A DNA stretch of 63,692 nucleotides, counting the filler, from Collodictyon triciliatum (lineage: Eukaryota): assembly GCA_043381765.1 (NCBI GenBank). It is 9 parts of 9 records of this genome, joined end to end, with 100 filler letters (N's around TTAATTAATTAA, not from the genome) between each part and the next. Parts side by side here need not be neighbours in the genome. Positions count along the whole stretch, not along the records: positions 54,680 to 62,068 come from JBHJMP010003924.1; positions 62,169 to 63,692 come from JBHJMP010004099.1; 7 more parts are not named here. One strand, 5' to 3'. This document shows positions 57,817 to 63,692 of the stretch, piece after piece. Made by a program: the position numbers and the translations under genes. Under the pieces are notes generated by a model. That model did no database searches and had not been told where the DNA came from. It saw nothing but the letters and a program-made list of their open reading frames with translations. Every line of letters begins with the position of its first letter. Within the stretch, counting starts at the first letter, position 1.

Positions 57817-58556
57817 ACGGTTTTTATTCTTTTATTCTTCCTTTCAATTTTGTGTAAAATGGTGAAAATGCTGGCTTTGGTTCGCTAGCCATCGTCTGCA
57901 TGGACGCTACTTGGTGGCCGTGTGGCGGAGAAGAAGTCGGTAATCAGGAATTGCATCCTGCAGTTTGGCCTGTAGCCTGGGTCTTGTGCTTGCATGAGAG
58001 ATACAAGGCGAGGTTTAATATCTTTCTCAGCTTCTTTCCACATGTCTCTTCTCACGGGGTCGGAGTAGTAGAGAAAGTGCAGGTGGCGAAGAAAGCTATT
58101 GAGGAAAGAGATTTGTATGATGTCATTCAGCCTGCTATCAGGAATGGGTGGCTGGTGGTTGAGTCTTGCTTTGTGTGAGTATATGGGTGCTATCCACATA
58201 GTCCATAGCAGATGGCCTCGCGTCACCGCCCATAATGTTTTTGCATTCGGACGCAGCTGTTGCAGAGGCCTAAATATCGCCTGGATTGGGCCAACAGCCG
58301 CAGCCGTCTTGGGTGTCAGTCGAAGAATCTCACCGGCTGTTTCACGCTCCTTTGAGCGAAGAGACATTGCACAAATGTGTGCTCAATGGATTCATCACCG
58401 TTGCTGCAAAGTGTGCATTGTTGGGAGACTTTGCCAGCTTTTGTCGCGCGTGTGCCTATTCATAGCTCCCTGTTGGTGATATTAAGCATTAGAGAGCGGT
58501 GATTTGGAAGGACTTGCGGGGTTCGTGCTTGTCTCAACCTTCCTGGCAGTGTCTAT
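57817..58556 (-). mobile_element. 5'-truncated, decayed L1/Tx1-like non-LTR retrotransposon (ORF2 C-terminus plus 3' UTR)
   Basis: Minus strand reads PQVLPNHRSLMLNITNREL*IGTRATKAGKVSQQ-CTLCSNGDESIEHTFVQC-LFAQ, a Cx2Cx8Hx4C knuckle starting at 58417 with TGA at 58460-58462. After a frameshift come LWAVTRGHLLWTMWIA...DDG* (57885), a short UTR and an A-rich tail. Candidate 7-bp repeat TGTATAT at 57810-57816 and 58557-58563. Confidence 0.75.
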
Positions 58557-58857
58557 TGTATATTTTTTATGGGAGAATCCCATCTCCTTGCAAAACTGCG
58601 CTTAGGCGTCAATGCAGTCCTAAGAATTAAGGTATGTCATGGCCACCGCGTTGGAATCATCACGACCGCCTGCACCAGAGTTACTTTGCATGGAAACGTC
58701 TTCTGGTAGGGGGGTTTTTTATTGCCTTTTCTCAGCGTGTTTATTCATCTGCACACGAAATGGAGAACCTGTTCAGCCTTTCTGGACGCGCAGACATCCG
58801 TGGGGGGAAAAAAAAAAGAAGAAAAAGGGAGGCAATCATAGGGCTGATAGAATATGG

Positions 58858-61743
58858 TTATACAACGCAGAGGACTTCAAACAGCATTTTCCGCCACAGC
58901 ATAACCACGAAGCGTTCTGCCTCGTTTTCTAAAAGCTCTTCTAACTCACTTACGAGACTCTCAGGTTTGATTTGGTTTTTGAGGTTTTCTACCACAATAT
59001 TTGCTATGGATTCTTCGGACATTCCCAAGTACTCGTTGATTTTTTTCGAAATCCAGACCCGGAGCTTATCCATGACATCACCCTAAATCCATCGTGCGAT
59101 GAGTAATAAATATTAATCCTAAGAGCAACAATCAATAATGTGAAGACAAGTGATGTAAAGTTAGAAAAGTTACGCGAGTCGCAACAGCCCAGTCAACAGG
59201 CATTTGGAAGAGAAGCTCCTTTTCTGTGGGGATTCTATCAATAATTTTTTTCATCTCTTCGGGAGTCAACTTGGCACCACCCATACCAGTATTACTGGCT
59301 TGCGGAGCCACCGGACCTGCTGTCCCCTTTTCAGCTCCTTTGGTTGACGATGCAGGCGCGTACGTAAGTTCGGACTTCCGCTCATCCAACTCCAGATTAG
59401 ACTTTCGTCGAAACAATGGGTCGATATCGTCGGGGTCATCGGGATTGAACACATTAGACAAAGAACGCCTCTTCTGTACCGTTTCTGTCACAACAGTGCT
59501 TTGGGTCACACTCTGGGACAAGCCGCGCTTCAGTGACAGGCTGAACGAAGAGGATGGCAAGGAAGCTTTGCTTTGTTCAGAGTCGCCAAGCTCTTCCATT
59601 TCTGACTCTCCGGGATTCGCTCTCTGAACATCATCGGCTCCCACTTGGCCATTCGACTCACCAGACTGATACTGCGAGTCTTGTGCTTCCACCTCTGACA
59701 TGGGTACCAGGTGGTTGTCTCGCTCCTGTTCCTCTTGCTGTTGTCGCAAAGTCTCTTGATATATGGCTTTCTGCAGCCTTTCGTATTCCTTTCTGGCCTC
59801 TTCTGCAATCAGGCTCTGGTCGTCGTATCGGTCTCGCTTCCATTTTCTTCTCAGTTGCTCTCGGTGCGAGCGGAAATACTTTTCTTTCATCTTCTCGTCT
59901 TCATCGCTGTCCGACTGATAATTCTCTAGGAGATACTTCATTTTTTCTTTCTCCTTCGCTTTGCTTCTCCTTTCTTCCTTCTCTGCATCTCGAGCGCGCT
60001 CAACCTCTTTTTCTTTCTCTCGGTGCTCCCATAACTGCTCTTGTCGTCGATACTCGGCATCTTTCTTCTTTTCTCTTTGAGCCTCTTTCTCTTTGTTCCG
60101 TCTTTCCGTTTCTTCCTCGTCCTTTGTGGTATCTTTGTTCTTGGAGTCCCTGCTCACATTCCCACTCTTTTCGCTATCTGTTCCGCATGTAGAGATATTT
60201 TCTTTCAGCGATAATGAAGAACTTATATACAGCTGTATAGTGACGATGTAGTAATAATATACGATGACGTCTCTAATTAAGTATTTATCATTACCTCGAG
60301 ATGGACTGGCACTCTGTTTTGGAATGGTGTGTGTGAGTGTGTGTGTAAAGGGAGGGGATGAAGAGGTTAATAAACATACGATGATTAGAAAATAGGCAAT
60401 TTAGATAAGATAATTGATATTTTGAACCCATCAACAAGAATGAAATGGCTAGACACAGTATATTAAAACAATTCCAGTACCCTTTGAGACCTGTGTGATT
60501 CCATCGAACGATCAAAGAATTTTAAAAAAATGTTTTCATTAAGCACGGTGGTTCAGTATGGATGTGATACAAGTTCCTCAACTGAATATCCTGGAGTAGC
60601 AATTATAAATGCTAGTTAAAAAGCGCATTATCTTACTTGTCAGGGACTATAGCTGCCAATTTCTCTCGTGTTTCGGCATCCTTGGTATCTCTTTCCTCGT
60701 CTGTTTCCTTGCCCTCTTGTTCAGCGGCAGCTTTCTCCGTCTTTTCGTCCATCTTAATCTATGGATAGCATAAGTTTTACGCCATACAGTTCACTAAAGC
60801 CAACATCCCCCACCATCTAGCATAAAATTGAAAGGAAGAATAACAATAATAACAACATACGATTAACTCGACCACTACATGCAAGCGCTACTTGCTAGGA
60901 TGATGTCTTAATTTAATATGCATAACATTTGTAAAGGACTCACTTTGAGCTCCTGGTCGCCGACTTTAAGCCCATTCAGAATACGAACTGCTCTCTTCAC
61001 TTGCTCAACGGTCTCATATTCGCAGAATCCGAATGTGGTCATCTTTTTCCAGCTTTGGACGGAACCACATGTCTACAACGTTTGGACTCTTATGAATAGT
61101 CGTTTACATAAAAATAATAAATTATATCCTTGTTATAATTGCCCTATGTGTCAACAAAATAAGGGAGATTGCTTGGCAAAGCAGACAGAAAACTCACACC
61201 GAGTATGGCCCTGATAGTTGCTTCATCTACAGAAGAACAAATATTGTTGACAAAGATTGTGTTCGTTTTCCCAGCGTTAGCGGCTGTGGTGATGGATGGT
61301 GTTGTTGCCGTTGTTGTGACAGCAGATGCCGTAGAAGCGCTTGTAGAGGATGTATTGGAAGGTGTTTGTATTGGAGCCACAGAGACGGGCGCTCGAACAA
61401 CTGGCATATTGGGCAAAGGTACCATGCCTGGGTGCACCATTGGTGCGCCGTGTATGATTGGAGGTCGGCCAAGTGTACCAGGAACGTGGCCAGAGAGATG
61501 TAAGAGAGGGCCGTGCGGAGGTATTCCAAGGCCCATCGGCATTGGTCCCGGCATTCCCATAGGCATAGGAGGCTTTGGCGCCATGTTGGGATTCAGCGGG
61601 CCAAACATGTTTGGTGGAGCTGGGCCAGGGAATGGGAAGCCAGGCGCTGCCATGTGGGGAGGCGGCGGGAAGTTTAGAGGCGGTGGTGGGAAGTTGGGAG
61701 GCGGTGGGCCACCTGTATTTGACAGCACAGACGCGAATGTCAT
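58858..61743 (-). CDS. RBM25: RNA-binding protein 25 / Snu71-like splicing factor (Pro-rich, RRM, RE/RD-rich, PWI)
   Basis: Pro-rich N-terminus. RRM TIFVNNI...TCGSVQSWKKMTTFGFCEYETVEQVKRAVRILNGLKVGDQELK. Charged region YRRQEQLWEHREKEKE. IIDRIPTEKELLFQMPVDW and PWI exon KLRVWISKKINEYLGMSEE...FVVMLWRKMLFE. The start codon is uncertain. Confidence 0.92.
60783..60867 (+). mobile_element. About 60-nt copy of the 3' terminus of the 57817-58556 retroelement, in an RBM25 intron
   Basis: Exact 20-mer AAAATTGAAAGGAAGAATAA at 60824-60843 (+) and 57832-57851 (-), with alignable sequence a further ~28 nt upstream and an (AAC/AAT) tail. Candidate repeats CATACAGTTCAC (60783-60794) and CATACGATTAAC (60856-60867), 9/12 identical. 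Confidence 0.65.
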
Positions 61744-61943
61744 GGACTTAAATTGAGCATATAATTGGTATTGAACAAAGGAAGAGGATAAACAAAATTA
61801 GACGTATACGGGTGGTCCTTCGATTGAATTTTGCTTTGTGCACAGACTAGAGGGGAGGGAAAAAGAGAGAAAAAGAGAGAAAAAGAGAGAAAAAGAGAGA
61901 AAAAGAGAGAAAAAGAGAAAGAGAGAGAAAGAGAGAGAAAGAG

Positions 61944-61998
<55 letters not shown>

Positions 61999-62068
61999 GA
62001 GAAAGAGAGAGAAAGAGAGAGAAAGAGAGAGAAAGAGAGAGAAAGAGAGAGAAAGAGAGAGAAAGAGA

Positions 62069-62168
62069 NNNNNNNNNNNNNNNNNNNNNNNNNNNNNNNN
62101 NNNNNNNNNNNNTTAATTAATTAANNNNNNNNNNNNNNNNNNNNNNNNNNNNNNNNNNNNNNNNNNNN
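62069..62168. other. Artificial contig-joining spacer
   Basis: 44 N + TTAATTAATTAA + 44 N, preceded by a GA-rich repeat. Confidence 0.98.
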
Positions 62169-62197
62169 CATGACTATATCGCATTTATTTTCTATAG

Positions 62198-63570
62198 TTC
62201 AGCCATTTTGATGATTTGTGGGAAACTTGGTTGACAGATGAATACAGCCAAATGTATGTTGGTAAGTAATTGTGACTAAAAAAATTGCAGTATATGTCGT
62301 CGTCCCAAGGTCAAATCTAAAGCATATTGCTAATGTTGATTGCCCCTTCAATCATTTGTGTCAACTGCTTTTCTTTTTCTTCTTCTTTTTCTTTTTCTTT
62401 TTCTTTTTCTTTTTCTTTTTCTTTTTCTTTTTCTTTTTCTTTTTCTTTTTCTTTTTCTTTTTCTTTTTCTTTTTCTTTAAATATCGTATATGATTTGTTC
62501 CTTGTCTGTACGAAACAAAATCATAAAGCGGAGATGTTTGGCATGCCGATTGCCTTGGCTCGGGTTGTTCAGTTATCTGATATTGAGGTTTGGTGGGAAA
62601 ATATTGAGGAAGACCCACCACACAAAGGACAGGTGAGTTGCTTCGTCTGAGCGGTTTTCGATTTTAATGAGATAGCTTCACATCTGCTGGAATAACTAAC
62701 ATCGCATAGAACATGTTGCAGATATTGATTTACTTCGAATCAAAATAGTCCAAGCTGTGATTGCATGCTTGTTTTAATATTATAACCCAATATTTAGGGA
62801 TTATTCCGCACATTTCAATATCATATCGGCAAAGACCTCGAAAGACAAGGCATTATACTATCAAGGATGGGCGTTTCATCAAACTCAACAACACTAACAA
62901 AACAGCTGGAAGGTTGTCTCAAACTGGTTTTTTTTATGAACCAGATTCGCTTACATTTAAATATATCAATTGCCTTCTTTTTGTGTCATTTTCTCTATAT
63001 TTCAATCAAAGCATTTCTTCGACGTTCGCAGATATTGTAAATTGTCTTATCGAACTCTCGATTATTTCTATAAAAAAAATGACAATATATCCCTCACAAA
63101 CAGAGAATGGAATCAAACCTGTTGCTGCCTTTGCAAAGTTTCAGTCCAGGAATATTTCGGAATCAAGAAGAAGCCCGAAGCAACACGATGTAGATGAGAC
63201 TGAGCTGGAAAAAAGTATGGATAAGCTGCTGATTGAAGATATGGATGACCCTAGAAGCGAGGATGAAGATGGCCTAAAGAACGAAGCGACCACAGCCATC
63301 GACTTTGAAGGTGGGCAGAATGCAGAGGCAGTACAAGAGTTAGAAAAAGAACCTGTTGAGGCTGATTTAGATGAGGACGGAAGTAAAGAAGAACCTGAGC
63401 GTAGTAGGTCAGTGTGGACCGAGCCAGAGTCGCTGAACGGAACATTTTTACAGTTAACACCAAATCATCTCGGCGCTGCCTGGGACTTTATATCAGAAAA
63501 CGAGTATTTCGAAGTGGCGTTCAGCAATCTGTACAGAAGCGTCGAGAGATGTTTTCAGGAGCTAACTGAC
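62198..63570 (+). CDS. Internal exons of a hypothetical protein with an acidic region (both ends missing)
   Basis: Phase-consistent exons FSHFDDLWETWLTDEYSQMYV|AEMFGMPIALARVVQLSDIEVWWENIEEDPPHKGQ|GLFRTFQYHIGKDLERQGIILSRMG...|ENGIKPV...D/E-rich...AAWDFISENEYFEVAFSNLYRSVERCFQELTD. Confidence 0.65.
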
Positions 63571-63622
63571 GTATTGATTCATACAATATCTGGAAAGGAA
63601 AACAGTCAATTATTTCGCTCCT

Positions 63623-63659
<37 letters not shown>

Positions 63660-63692
63660 TTTTTTTTTTTTTTGTATTTTTTTTTTTTTTTT

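Noticed and set aside
56582-57865. 427-aa poly-Asn ORF
   Set aside because: It reads through Myb intron 2 (AAT)n and overlaps Myb exon 3 in another frame.
58460-58462. In-frame TGA as a selenocysteine codon, given eEFSec
   Set aside because: It lies in a frameshifted retrotransposon relic with no redox motif or evident SECIS. Simple decay is more parsimonious.
1-63692. tRNA, rRNA or snRNA genes, including tRNA-Sec
   Set aside because: None recognised by eye. GTTCGA matches lacked cloverleaf context; tRNAscan-SE or Infernal would be needed to exclude them.

Overview
Eukaryotic, AT-rich, intron-dense and microsatellite-rich DNA in the standard code with GT-AG introns. A free-living protist such as an amoebozoan is my inference; I cannot name the organism. 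The window is not one locus. It is nine unrelated contigs/scaffolds of about 7.4 kb, size-sorted and joined by an artificial 100-nt spacer (44 N + TTAATTAATTAA + 44 N), so gene neighbourhoods across spacers mean nothing. Genes I reconstructed by hand: an LRR/Cys-rich/multi-TM receptor with ten consecutive 69-nt one-LRR exons; an intronless 2360-aa pseudokinase-Sel1 protein; an SLC12 cation-chloride cotransporter; the 3' part of a TKL kinase; a WD40-like protein; a TPR-FYVE 3' end; a coiled-coil hypothetical; a zinc-finger ORF; the selenocysteine elongation factor eEFSec; an FG-GAP propeller protein; XRN1; an R2R3 Myb; RBM25; and decayed L1/Tx1-like ORF1 and ORF2 remnants. The most striking unexplained signal is a family of ultra-short (20-41 nt) insertions. 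They share the sequence (CTTTGAA)TCGAATAAAGG plus a purine/A tail, and each sits between its own 10-18 bp direct repeat resembling a target-site duplication. There are seven copies on three independent contigs. Exon coordinates were derived manually and no database searches were run.
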